Positions 29,143-38,807 of a DNA stretch of 48,627 nt are shown one piece after another. The stretch is from positions 1 to 48,627 of the forward strand of contig JBGAJQ010000040.1 in the NCBI GenBank assembly GCA_044224875.1. The letters are read 5' to 3'. Each line of letters opens with the position of its first letter. The first letter of the stretch is position 1. Position numbers and translations under genes: made by a program. The notes under the pieces were generated by a model. That model saw nothing but the letters and a program-made list of their open reading frames with translations. It had not been told where the DNA came from and searched no databases. This DNA comes from Gemmatimonadaceae bacterium. Lineage in GTDB: Bacteria; Gemmatimonadota; Gemmatimonadetes; Gemmatimonadales; Gemmatimonadaceae.

Positions 29143-29181
29143 AAAACGGCGCCCGATCGGTGGTCAGGGCGCCGTCTTCTT
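29143..29181. terminator. Putative intrinsic terminator, possibly bidirectional
   Basis: ACGGCGCCC (29146-29154) pairs with GGGCGCCGT (29167-29175); AAAA before and CTTCTT after; about 40 nt downstream of the stop at 29105. Confidence 0.55.
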
Positions 29182-29323
29182 GCCGATCATTTCGGTCACT
29201 TCCTTGTGCCATCGGGTCGGGGCGAATCCGCGCTTTCCCATGCTATCATTCAGCGTGACCACGCTTTGGCGCGGTGCGTCACTTACGCGGACAGGTTGCC
29301 CCTTCGACCGGAGAACGTCGGAC

Positions 29324-30442
29324 ATGACCATCGTGTGGTGGATCCTTGGCATCGTCGGTGCAGGCATCGTCTGGTTCGTGGGGATGGGGATCTACCTTTC
29401 GTGGGTGCTCAAGTGGGAGGACGAGAGGACCATCGGGCTCAACTACTATGGCCTTCCTCCCGCCGAGCGTGACCGATTCAAGAAGCAGCTGGCGGCACAC
29501 GCCAAGCGGCTCAAGCCCATGCTGACGTTGTCCGCCAGCAACAAGCTCGACTTTCGCAAGGCACGCATCCAGTTCCAGGGTGTGTCCGCACCGCAGGGCA
29601 GCTGTAGCGTCGAGAGCTTTGCCAAGGCGGCGTCCTACACCCCGCGGCCCGAGGACGTCTTCGTCGCCACACAGATGAAGTGCGGTACCACGTGGATGCA
29701 GCACGTCGTCTTCCAGATCCTCTATCGTGGGAAGGGCGACCTGGTGGAGACGGGTCGCGAGATGTACGCGGTGGCGCCATGGATCGAGGGACGCAAGAGC
29801 ATCTCCATGGAGGACTCCGTCCCGCTGGGCGCAGAACGCCCGTCGCGCATCATCAAGACGCACCTGCCGGCCTCGCTCTGCCCGTATAACGAAAAGGCGA
29901 AGTACATCTACGTCGCCCGGCATCCGCTTTCCTGCTTCGCCAGCTGCATCGACTTTGTGGTGACGAATGTCGGCGAGATGGCGCCGCCGACGCCGGCCTT
30001 CGAGGAGTGGTATACGTCGGCGGATCTGATGTGGTGGGGGACCTGGACGGATCACGTGAAGGGATGGTGGGACCGCGCGCAGCAGCATCCCGAGAACGTC
30101 CTCTTCGTGTATTTCGAGGACATGAAGAAGGATCTGGCGGGCGTGACGCGTCAGGTGGCGTCGTTCCTGGGCGTCGCCCCGTTGAACGACGAAGAGCTTG
30201 CGAATGCGGTGCATAAGTGCTCCTTCAAGTACATGCAGGAGTATCAGGACAACTTCGAGATGCACCCGCCGCACATTCTGCAGTCGAACGCTGAGCTGTT
30301 CGTCAGCGGAAGCGCCGACCGGCACAAGGACGTGCCCGCGGAGGTGAGCCACCGGATTGCGGCGTGGATCGTTCGGGACATGGCAAGCAACTCGTTCCCG
30401 CTGGCGAAGCGTTACCCGGATGTCGTGAATGCGGGTTCCTGA
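29324..30442 (+). CDS. PAPS-dependent sulfotransferase (Sulfotransfer_1) with N-terminal TM anchor
   Basis: RPEDVFVATQMKCGTTW (5'-PSB loop), RIIKTHLP, YIYVARHP..CFAS (3'-PB), WTDHVKGWW, FVYFEDMKKD. Confidence 0.9.
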   Translation: MTIVWWILGIVGAGIVWFVGMGIYLSWVLKWEDERTIGLNYYGLPPAERDRFKKQLAAHAKRLKPMLTLSASNKLDFRKARIQFQGVSAPQGSCSVESFAKAASYTPRPEDVFVATQMKCGTTWMQHVVFQILYRGKGDLVETGREMYAVAPWIEGRKSISMEDSVPLGAERPSRIIKTHLPASLCPYNEKAKYIYVARHPLSCFASCIDFVVTNVGEMAPPTPAFEEWYTSADLMWWGTWTDHVKGWWDRAQQHPENVLFVYFEDMKKDLAGVTRQVASFLGVAPLNDEELANAVHKCSFKYMQEYQDNFEMHPPHILQSNAELFVSGSADRHKDVPAEVSHRIAAWIVRDMASNSFPLAKRYPDVVNAGS

Positions 30443-30783
30443 CCCACCATTTACCGGCTGTTCACCTTTCCTGGTGTAGCGTGGAGTAGGCCGCCGTGGC
30501 GGTAGGCCGCCATGGCGCGTTACTATCGTCGTGGCTGACGGTCCCATACCAGGGAGACGTCCAGTGCCCGGACCTTCAATCAGCGACGGGCGGTTGTCAC
30601 AAGCGCCGGCATTCGAGTGCTCCTCATTGCCGATGGATCGATGGTTGGTGCTGGTCGCGATCGCCTACCCGGGATCGTCGAGCCGTTGTGGACGGTGCCA
30701 CGCTGGTTGTAGCTGAACCCATTTCGTGAGAACGCTATTCGCAATCGTCACGATCGACCAGCGATCGCAGCGGTCGCCGCAAC

Positions 30784-32148
30784 GTGGGTGTGCCCCCCGG
30801 TTGCGCCGGTGGCAACTTGACCGACCCCGTACACGCCAGTCACCTGGCAGCGAGGGTGCACGCCGTTGACGCCGAACCGTCAGGCGAGAGGGGTCGCCCC
30901 GACGCAGTACCTCGGTGGCAAGCGCTCCGCACTCCATGGCTCGTCAGCTTGGTCATCCTCGGCGCCGGGTTGCTGCACGGCCCGGTACTCAGTGACGGCG
31001 TCACGCTCGCTCCGGCCAACGCTCAGCTTGAACTTTCGGTTGCCTACCTCCTGCTCGCGCCGTTTTGCGCGGTGTGGGATGCGTTGTCGCTGCTGTCGGC
31101 GCAGCAGCATCTCTGGTTGATCGGGTCCGCCCTCGTGGTTGCGACCCTCACCGGCGCGTGGTCGCCTCGGGCGGTAGCGTGGTCGTGGAGGCGCCGGGTG
31201 CGCGGTGGCGCCCTGGGTCTTGCGATCGCCCTCGGCACGATCCTCGTGGTCTACGTCGCCGGGGCCCTCTTGCCCAGACCGATGGCGGCCATTGCCCTTG
31301 ATGCACCTGACGACCTGGCGATTGACTTTCACAGCCATACCGACGCTTCGTGGGACGGCCGGCGCTGGTTTGGGCTGTCGGCGAGGCGCGATTGGCACGC
31401 GCACGCTGGGTTCAACGTGGCGTATGTGACCGAACACGCGACCGCCGGTACGTTGCCAAGGGACAGCGGCAACCCGGCGCGGGCCGGGGACTCGCTGGTG
31501 GTGCTCGGAGGGGTTGAACTCGCCTGTGGCGGACCACACCTGATCTGGTTGGGCGCGTCGAGCGAGTATGCCAAGGCCCACTGTGGCAAGGACGTCATCC
31601 TCCCTGGGTCGGACGGCGAGGCGCCGGTGATCACACTTGCCACGCTCCCGGCCAACCTCGCCCAGGTGCGCGCGACACGCGGACTGAACGGTGTTGAGCT
31701 GCTGGACGCTGCGCCAAGGGCCCTGGACCAACTGGCGCACGATCGCGGCTCAATTCTTCGCCTGGCCGCCACGGAGCACATCGGCACGGTCGCCAGCTCA
31801 AACAATCATGGCTGGGGGCGGACGTCCGCCTGCTGGAGTGTCATGACGATCCCCGGATGGCGGGACATGACTCCGTCGGCGCTCGACGCCGCCATCCGGA
31901 GGGCGTTGGCTGCTGACCCCGAACACGCCGTACGTGTCATCGAGCGGCGACGCCCTGACCCGGGGATCACCCAGGCGGAGTTGGCCGCGTCCGCTCCCGA
32001 ATTTGCCTGGAACCTGCTCACCGGCCTTACGATGTGGGAGCGCGTCTCGTGGTTGGCTTGGCTCTGGGCCCTGGCGGGCGTTGCCCATCTCATTCGCCGC
32101 CCCCGTCCCGACCGCCCGAACCGTCGACGGCTGACACTCGCGCGTTGA
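30784..32148 (+). CDS. Membrane protein with a PHP-like metallophosphoesterase domain
   Basis: IDFHSHT..SWDG, VTEH, GGVE, NGVEL, SSNNHG between N- and C-terminal TM segments; start uncertain. Confidence 0.75.
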   Translation: MGVPPGCAGGNLTDPVHASHLAARVHAVDAEPSGERGRPDAVPRWQALRTPWLVSLVILGAGLLHGPVLSDGVTLAPANAQLELSVAYLLLAPFCAVWDALSLLSAQQHLWLIGSALVVATLTGAWSPRAVAWSWRRRVRGGALGLAIALGTILVVYVAGALLPRPMAAIALDAPDDLAIDFHSHTDASWDGRRWFGLSARRDWHAHAGFNVAYVTEHATAGTLPRDSGNPARAGDSLVVLGGVELACGGPHLIWLGASSEYAKAHCGKDVILPGSDGEAPVITLATLPANLAQVRATRGLNGVELLDAAPRALDQLAHDRGSILRLAATEHIGTVASSNNHGWGRTSACWSVMTIPGWRDMTPSALDAAIRRALAADPEHAVRVIERRRPDPGITQAELAASAPEFAWNLLTGLTMWERVSWLAWLWALAGVAHLIRRPRPDRPNRRRLTLAR

Positions 32149-32359
32149 AGCTGCAGAATCAGGGAAGGTGATCGCCGAGGCCCAACCGAGGACTTCGGCT
32201 ATCCACCGGCAATCGCCGAACGAGGTCAGGGCATACCGTGCGCCACGCCGCTCCTCGTGTACATTTCCGCGACGAACGCCCCGCCTCGGCTACGGGTTGC
32301 CCCCCACCGATCTGGCCGCAGGCCCGCCGACCTCCACAGTCACCCTGGTCCTTGAATCC

Positions 32360-34192
32360 ATGTCTCTCCGCGCGCTGACTCTCACGGCTGGCACGTTGCT
32401 CGCGCTATCGCCGAACGCACCCTCGCGAGGTCACATGACAAGCGATGCGCGACGGAGTATGGAGGGGTCGACACGACCCGTTGGACGAGCAGCCACACCG
32501 ATAGCGATGTTGGCCGCAGGCACGCAGGACGCCGGAACCGCATGGGTCAACCGCACGCTCGCCAGCCTGACGCTCGAACGAAAGATTGCCCAGCTGATCT
32601 GCCCGGACGTCACTGCCAGCTACATCGCGGACGATGACCCCCGACTGCAGCAGTGGGTGCGATTGGCTCGCGACTACGGTGTGGGGATGTTCGTCATGTA
32701 TGGCGGCACGCCTCGCGACGTTGCCCATTTGCTCAATAAGCTGCAACGCGCCGCCACGATCCCACTGCTTATCTCGGCGGATTTCGAGGGCGGGCCGGGA
32801 CAGCAGGTGACCGGCGCGTCCGAGTATCCACCGAACATGGCCTTTGCGGCGGTCGGGGACGATGACCTCATGTATCGCGCGTCGGCGGCCGCCGCCGTCG
32901 AAGGGCGCGCGATGGGTATTCACCTCACCTACACACCGGTCTCCGACGTCACGTTGCGCCCCGAGAACCCCGCCGAGAATGGACGAACCTTCGGCGGCGA
33001 CTTCGACCTGATGAGTCGCATGGTCCGAGCGTACGTCCGCGGGTACCACGACAACGGGATGCTCACTTCGGCGAAGCACTTTCCGGGGCGCGGCGACGTG
33101 GAAGCCATGCCGAACAATCCGCCCTGGCAGTGGAATCCCAAGTCCGCCGAGGCGATGAAATCCCAGGAGTTCCGGGCATTCCGCAACTCGATTGCAGCTG
33201 GCGTGGATTTCGTTATGACCGAGCACATTGCCGTGCCCTCGGTCACCGGAGGGTCCACGTTGCCGGCGAGCGTCGAGAAGAAGCTGGCGACTGACTGGTT
33301 GCGGGACTCACTGGGCTTCAAGGGTGTGCTGACGAGCGATGATCTCTGGTACGACCACGTGATCGGGCGGTTTGGCGCCGAGGAAGTGGCCGTGAAGGCG
33401 TTCGAGGCCGGGCACGACATCATCCTCAAGCCAAAAGATCCCATCAAGACGATTGCCGCCATGGCCGCCGCCGTACGCTCGGGGCGCATCCCCGAGGCTC
33501 GAGTGAACGATGCGGTGCGCCGGCTGCTGACCCTCAAGGCGCGATTGAAGCTGCAAACCAACCGATATGTGGACGAGGGCGCGGTGAACGGAAAGGTCGG
33601 GAGCCCCGCCCATCAGGCGCTCATTCAGGAGATTGCCGACCGATCGATGACCCTGCTGAAGAACCAGGGTGTCTTGCCCGTTGAGGCGTCGCGACGCGCC
33701 AAGATGGTCAACATCAACGTGCAGAAGGTCGACGGTGACGCCTCACCGCCGGCGTTGTCGGCAAAGTTGGCAGCCGCGTTCCCTGGCACCGTCAGCTTCA
33801 CCCTCCGACCCGATATGGACCCTGCCTACTATGACAAGGCCTGGGCTGCCGTCTCCGGCGCGGATCTCATCGTGCTCTCGTTCTTTGTGCAGCGCGATCG
33901 ACTGGGTGACGCGACCCCGATTCGCCCCGCCGACCTGGCGTTCCTGCAGAAGGTGATCGCGGCGAAGCCGAATGCGGTGATTGCCATGTCGTATGGGAAT
34001 CCACAGATCGTTCGCAAGATCCCTTCGGTCCCCGTGTTCCTCACGGGCTATGGCGAGAAGGGGTGGTTCGGAAACCAGCCGGTGTACTTCGACTCGTTCA
34101 TCAAGGTATTGAAGGGCGAGTTGAAGCCGACGGGAACGCTTCCGGTACAGGTCAGCGACGAGTATCCGATTGGGAAGCGGGTCACCTATTAG
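32360..34192 (+). CDS. Glycoside hydrolase family 3 (NagZ-like, two-domain, secreted)
   Basis: PLLISADFEGG, PVSDV, RTFG, KHFPGRG, VMTEH, LRDSLGFKGVLTSDDL, AGHDIIL, SMTLLKN, PTGTLPV. Confidence 0.9.
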   Translation: MSLRALTLTAGTLLALSPNAPSRGHMTSDARRSMEGSTRPVGRAATPIAMLAAGTQDAGTAWVNRTLASLTLERKIAQLICPDVTASYIADDDPRLQQWVRLARDYGVGMFVMYGGTPRDVAHLLNKLQRAATIPLLISADFEGGPGQQVTGASEYPPNMAFAAVGDDDLMYRASAAAAVEGRAMGIHLTYTPVSDVTLRPENPAENGRTFGGDFDLMSRMVRAYVRGYHDNGMLTSAKHFPGRGDVEAMPNNPPWQWNPKSAEAMKSQEFRAFRNSIAAGVDFVMTEHIAVPSVTGGSTLPASVEKKLATDWLRDSLGFKGVLTSDDLWYDHVIGRFGAEEVAVKAFEAGHDIILKPKDPIKTIAAMAAAVRSGRIPEARVNDAVRRLLTLKARLKLQTNRYVDEGAVNGKVGSPAHQALIQEIADRSMTLLKNQGVLPVEASRRAKMVNINVQKVDGDASPPALSAKLAAAFPGTVSFTLRPDMDPAYYDKAWAAVSGADLIVLSFFVQRDRLGDATPIRPADLAFLQKVIAAKPNAVIAMSYGNPQIVRKIPSVPVFLTGYGEKGWFGNQPVYFDSFIKVLKGELKPTGTLPVQVSDEYPIGKRVTY

Positions 34193-35561
34193 GGTGTGCT
34201 CCCCGTGCAGCCGCTTGTGGCTGCAGCGGAGACGACTCGTGCGTCGCGCCGTCTGCGGCCGGAACGATCTCGAGTGGACTCGCGGCTTCGAAGGGCCGTG
34301 TCGCGCGGGCGTCGGACACGAGCCCGCGGCTGCGCGCGAACTGTGAGACTTGGTGCACAAACGCCTCGAGTCGCGTGCGAATGTTGGTGATGCGCTGCCC
34401 GTCGAAGTTGATGTCGAGCCACGGCAGGGCGCCAAGATCGTGGCGGAGCGCCGCCGAGAGGCCCGACACGATGATGCCAGGCATGCACGAGAACGGCATC
34501 ACGTTCACGATGCCAGACACGCCGTGTTTCGCGTAATCCACCACCTTGGAAATCGTCAGTAGGGTCTCTGTGCCGAGAAGCGGGTCGAAGTATGGCCGTG
34601 CCATCTCCATGAGTTCGCGCATGGGTGGATCGGCTGGGTGCCTCAGCAGGTGCCCGACGCGGCTGAACATCTGCGCCTCGAGGTGATGCTGGTATTTCGT
34701 CAGGGCCTTGGTGCCGAGAAAGGCGCGCCACTGGCCGAACAACAGGTCGCGATCGAGCTTGGTCTCGTCGGCGAAATGGAACCACTCGGTGAGCGTGCCG
34801 GTGACGACTTCCGCACCCGTGGACTCCAACAGCTTGATCAATTCCTGATTGCTGTGGGCATTCAGCATCACATAGATCTCGCCAAGAACGGCAATGATGG
34901 GCCGCGGGCTCGACCGATCGATGCGCACGGTACCAAAGTCGGTGGCGATTCTGTCCAGCGCCGCCAACAATTCGAGTCGCCGGCCATCGAGAATAGCGTC
35001 GTGAATAATCGTTAGGCCGCGGCGATAGGCAGCTTCTGTCGCTCCCGGTTCCAGCTCGTACGGGCGGAACTCATACAGCAGCTTGAGCAGGAGGTCCACC
35101 ATGAGGGCGGCGTTCCACGCCAGCATGCGAAGCGCCCGTGGCCGCTCGCCAAAGCCGCGATAGGAGTTCGCTGAGGTCGGCGAGATGATCTCGAGGTCGC
35201 CGAATCCCTCACGATCCAACAGGTTGCGTTGCAGCACCCGGTATTGGCCGAATCGACAAGGGCCGGGGCTCGCCGGCATGAGGACGGCGGAGCTTTGGAG
35301 ATCGAGGCCGTGTCGACAGGCGCGGATGATATCGCCCGTGGCAAGGAAGCATGGCAGGCACTCGCGACCGCGGCAGAGGTCGAGCCCAATGGCAAGCGTT
35401 TCCGCGTCCGGTGGCGGCAGCACCTCGCACGGAATCCCGAAGTGCTTGATGGCCGCCGCTATGGCGACGGCGTGGTCCGACATGTAGGGGATGTAGACCT
35501 TCTTCTGCGCGGGTCCGGCCGCCATGGGAAGTGGGGCGCGCGCTCGCGAGTATGCCATCAT
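34182..35561 (-). CDS. 2-hydroxyacyl-CoA dehydratase D-component-like protein (PlsR-like)
   Basis: YIPYM, GRECLP, GPCRFGQY, GEIYV, PFSCMPG, RTRLEAF; ATGA overlap with the upstream activase gene. Confidence 0.85.
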   Translation of the reverse strand: MMAYSRARAPLPMAAGPAQKKVYIPYMSDHAVAIAAAIKHFGIPCEVLPPPDAETLAIGLDLCRGRECLPCFLATGDIIRACRHGLDLQSSAVLMPASPGPCRFGQYRVLQRNLLDREGFGDLEIISPTSANSYRGFGERPRALRMLAWNAALMVDLLLKLLYEFRPYELEPGATEAAYRRGLTIIHDAILDGRRLELLAALDRIATDFGTVRIDRSSPRPIIAVLGEIYVMLNAHSNQELIKLLESTGAEVVTGTLTEWFHFADETKLDRDLLFGQWRAFLGTKALTKYQHHLEAQMFSRVGHLLRHPADPPMRELMEMARPYFDPLLGTETLLTISKVVDYAKHGVSGIVNVMPFSCMPGIIVSGLSAALRHDLGALPWLDINFDGQRITNIRTRLEAFVHQVSQFARSRGLVSDARATRPFEAASPLEIVPAADGATHESSPLQPQAAARGAHPNR

Positions 35562-38560
35562 TGCGCCCTCGCCAAGTTCAGGCTGTCGAAGAACGCCTCG
35601 CAGCGAGTAATCATGCCGGCATCGGCGGTATGATCGTCGACCTCGAGTTCGAGGAAGGGTTTGCCGCCTAACGTTTGCCGGAAGAACGAGATCAGGAACG
35701 AATCAGGGCCACAATTGAAGTTCGTCAGGTACAATGCCTGCAGGCGTTGGTCCTCGCGAACGACGGCGGCGGCGCGTAGGATGTCCTGGCCTGAACGCCA
35801 ATACATGTCGTCGTATGCCTCAGGCACGCTCGCCGTCTCCAGCGGCAGCATGTCCATCGGGAGTGGCAGTACACCGAGTCGTCGGAGCTTGTACGGGAGG
35901 TCGAGATTCGCACCGGGATCGTTGGCGGTGTACGGACGCCCGATGATGACTGCCACGGGGAGATCTCCGGACAGGGACGCGAGCACTTCCTGTCCGCGAC
36001 GTCGAATCGCCGCCTTGAACGCGTGCAGCGCGGCCCACCCCGCCGACGCAGCGGCATCGGCCAGGCGGGCCGGTGCGCCCGTGATCTGCCTGGCGAGTTC
36101 GCGTAACTCGATACGCGCGCCCCGCTCATTCTGGAGGTGCAGCGCAAGGTTCACGATGCGCGGCATAGGCGACCACACTGGCAAGTTGTGCATCAGGAGA
36201 TGCGGAGTGGCCGGAATGAGTGGGCAGTAGTGATTGTGCTCCTGACCGGTCGCCGGGTCTTCGCGCGTCATCAGGCTTGGCAGCAGCACGACGTCCACGT
36301 CCTGGTGGAGGGCATCCAGCAGGTGACCGAAGGCCAGCTTGACGGGGAAGCACGACTCAGCCACCGCATGCTCTTGCGTGCGCTTGACGATCTCCGGGTT
36401 CGTCGGAGTGGAGAGGATGACGTCGCAGCCCAGGCGATCGAGGAACGCGCGCCAGAACGGGAAGAAGTCGAAGAACGTGAGGTTTCGGAGGAGGCCGACA
36501 CGGAGCCGGGGCCGGCCTCCGTTGGAGCTGCGCGGTCCGGGCTCCGACCATCCGGCGAGCAACATCTGTTGGCGCTCGGCGAACAGGTCGGGGATCGAGC
36601 GCCACGCCGTACTGACTCCACGCCCCGCCTCTTCGAACTTGTCGCACCGTGCGCCGTAGAACACCGGTGGTTCCCCTTCGATCGTGATCTTGTGCACCTC
36701 ACACAGGTTGGGGCACGCCTTGCACTCAAAGACGCTACTCTCGTAGTGGCGATCCGTCAGGTCAAATCCACGGAAGCGCGATCTACTAAATGCGCCGCGC
36801 CGTGCCTGGCGTGCCATCTCTTCCCGGGCGAGGATGGCGACACCAATCGCGCCGGTCACGTCGTGGTTGGGTGGGACGGTGATGGGACGCTTCGTGATGC
36901 CGCGGAATGCCGATACCACCGCCGAATTTGCCGCGACGCCGCCCTGAAAGAAGATGCGGCTGCCCAGCGGTCGCCCGTTCACCACGCGATTCAGGTAGTT
37001 CTCGGCAATCGAGTAGGCCAGACCAGCCGTGAGGTCGGGAACGATGGCGCCATTCTGCTGGTGATGCACGATGTCCGACTCCATGAACACGGTGCACCGT
37101 TCGCCTAACGCCGCCGGACAGTGCGACGAGTACGCGAGATCGCTGAATTCACCCTCCACCTTGATCTTCAGCCGGTCCGCTTGCTCCTGCAGAAACGAAC
37201 CAGTGCCGGCCGCGCACGCGTTGTTCATCGTGAAGTCCGTCACCGCCCCGTTGTGCAGGCGAATGAACTTGCTATCCTGCCCGCCAATTTCGAAGACCGT
37301 ATCGACATCCGGATCGATGGCGACGGCCGCCCGGGCCTGCGCCGTGATCTCATTGCGCACGATGTCGGCGCCGATGAAATCACCGGTGAGGTAACGTCCG
37401 GACCCGGTGGCTCCGGCGCCACGCACGACGACGCGATCGGCGAGTTCGACCATCAGTTGAAGTCCGGATCGAACGGCCTCGAGCGGGCGACCCGCGGTCG
37501 GCAGGTAGCGGCGCGCCAGTACACGGTTGATGTCGTCGATCAGCACAATGTTGGTGCTGACGGACCCGACGTCGACGCCCAGCCACACGTCGACCGTTTC
37601 GCCCGGGGGGAGAGAGGCCAGCAATGCGTGACCTTCGGTCGCATCACTCGGACGAACCAGGATCGGGAGGCTGTCTCGTTCCGCACCGGCGGCTTGGATG
37701 GCGCCAGCGAGCCCCTCAAAGCCGCGGAAGGTCCTCCTCGACGGTTCGCGCGTCACATCGTCCATCATCACGTACGCCGTACCAAGCGCCGCCATGATCG
37801 TGTGATGCTCCGGAACGATGATTGAGCCTGGCGGCAGGGCGAGCACCTGCTCGAACGCGCGCTTCACCGCCGCGTTGTAGGCGACGCCACCCTGGAACAG
37901 GATCGGGGCCACGAAACGTTTTCCCTTCCCGATCACGGTCGTGAAATTGCGCGCCATCGCCAGACACACGCCCATCAGGATATCCGACATGGGCGTGCCC
38001 ACCTGTTGCAGGTGGATCATGTCCGACTTGGCAAACACCGTACAACGTCCCGCAATGCGGGCAGGGCTCTGGCTCTCCAAGGCAAGGCGTGCGAACTCGC
38101 CGTCAATGGCAATGCCAAGACGCTCGGCTTGTTGATCGAGGAATGCACCCGTTCCGGCTGCACACAGCGCGTTCATCGAGAAGTCTTCGAGCATCATCTG
38201 ACGGCTGCCGTCGTCCCAGCGCACCGACAGAAGCTTGGAGTCCTGACCGCCGATCTCGATGATGGTGCGCGCCTCGGGATGGAACTCGCCCACAGCCCGT
38301 GTCTGCGCCACCAGCTCGTTCACATGGACGCCGCCCAGCAGGTCGGCAATGGGGCCTCCACCCGAACCGGAAAGCCCTACACCACCGATCAGGCCAAGGT
38401 CTACCTGCTGTCCAAGCTCGCGGATCGTCTCCAGCAGGACCGAGCGAGGGCGGCCACGCGACCTAACGTAGCGCCATGCAAGCAGCGATCGCGCGCTATC
38501 CAGCACCACAACCTTAACGGTGGTCGACCCGACATCTACGCCTAGGAATACCTCGGCCAT
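35558..38560 (-). CDS. CoA-substrate-specific enzyme activase: two ASKHA (BadF/BcrAD) Fe-S domains plus a DUF2229-like domain (PlsA/Ger-like)
   Basis: Duplicated GVDVGS, EIGGQDSK, MNxxCAAGTG and RCTVF; CKACPNLC; ESCFPVK; FNCGPD. ATG 38560 with GGAGGGG RBS. Confidence 0.92.
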   Translation of the reverse strand: MAEVFLGVDVGSTTVKVVVLDSARSLLAWRYVRSRGRPRSVLLETIRELGQQVDLGLIGGVGLSGSGGGPIADLLGGVHVNELVAQTRAVGEFHPEARTIIEIGGQDSKLLSVRWDDGSRQMMLEDFSMNALCAAGTGAFLDQQAERLGIAIDGEFARLALESQSPARIAGRCTVFAKSDMIHLQQVGTPMSDILMGVCLAMARNFTTVIGKGKRFVAPILFQGGVAYNAAVKRAFEQVLALPPGSIIVPEHHTIMAALGTAYVMMDDVTREPSRRTFRGFEGLAGAIQAAGAERDSLPILVRPSDATEGHALLASLPPGETVDVWLGVDVGSVSTNIVLIDDINRVLARRYLPTAGRPLEAVRSGLQLMVELADRVVVRGAGATGSGRYLTGDFIGADIVRNEITAQARAAVAIDPDVDTVFEIGGQDSKFIRLHNGAVTDFTMNNACAAGTGSFLQEQADRLKIKVEGEFSDLAYSSHCPAALGERCTVFMESDIVHHQQNGAIVPDLTAGLAYSIAENYLNRVVNGRPLGSRIFFQGGVAANSAVVSAFRGITKRPITVPPNHDVTGAIGVAILAREEMARQARRGAFSRSRFRGFDLTDRHYESSVFECKACPNLCEVHKITIEGEPPVFYGARCDKFEEAGRGVSTAWRSIPDLFAERQQMLLAGWSEPGPRSSNGGRPRLRVGLLRNLTFFDFFPFWRAFLDRLGCDVILSTPTNPEIVKRTQEHAVAESCFPVKLAFGHLLDALHQDVDVVLLPSLMTREDPATGQEHNHYCPLIPATPHLLMHNLPVWSPMPRIVNLALHLQNERGARIELRELARQITGAPARLADAAASAGWAALHAFKAAIRRRGQEVLASLSGDLPVAVIIGRPYTANDPGANLDLPYKLRRLGVLPLPMDMLPLETASVPEAYDDMYWRSGQDILRAAAVVREDQRLQALYLTNFNCGPDSFLISFFRQTLGGKPFLELEVDDHTADAGMITRCEAFFDSLNLARAQ

Positions 38561-38807
38561 AGCCCCTCCCACGCTGCTGAACGCCACAATCGTCCGACCT
38601 TGACGACCGCAGAGTCGGCCTGCCTCCCGAAGGCTTGTCGGGGATCTGCCGCATCGCCTCCACGGCTGGGCGGCCTGCCTGCGTCTGCGAGAACCGTCCA
38701 AGGTGACTCGTGGACGCGTCGTCCTGGCCTGCTAGCGCCTCCAAATCGTTGCGACGACTGGCGTCCAAATAGCCAACCGATGCCTGCAGGGCTCTGGGCC
38801 TCTGCAG

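Noticed and set aside
4456..30718. Shared 11-mer TGTAGCTGAAC at 4456 and 30708, both upstream of genes
   Set aside because: Only two copies plus a near match inside a gene (about 26403); chance cannot be excluded.
35556..35561. Activase/dehydratase split as a frameshifted single gene
   Set aside because: The break is a clean ATGA overlap at a domain boundary, and two-gene plsA/plsR forms are known.
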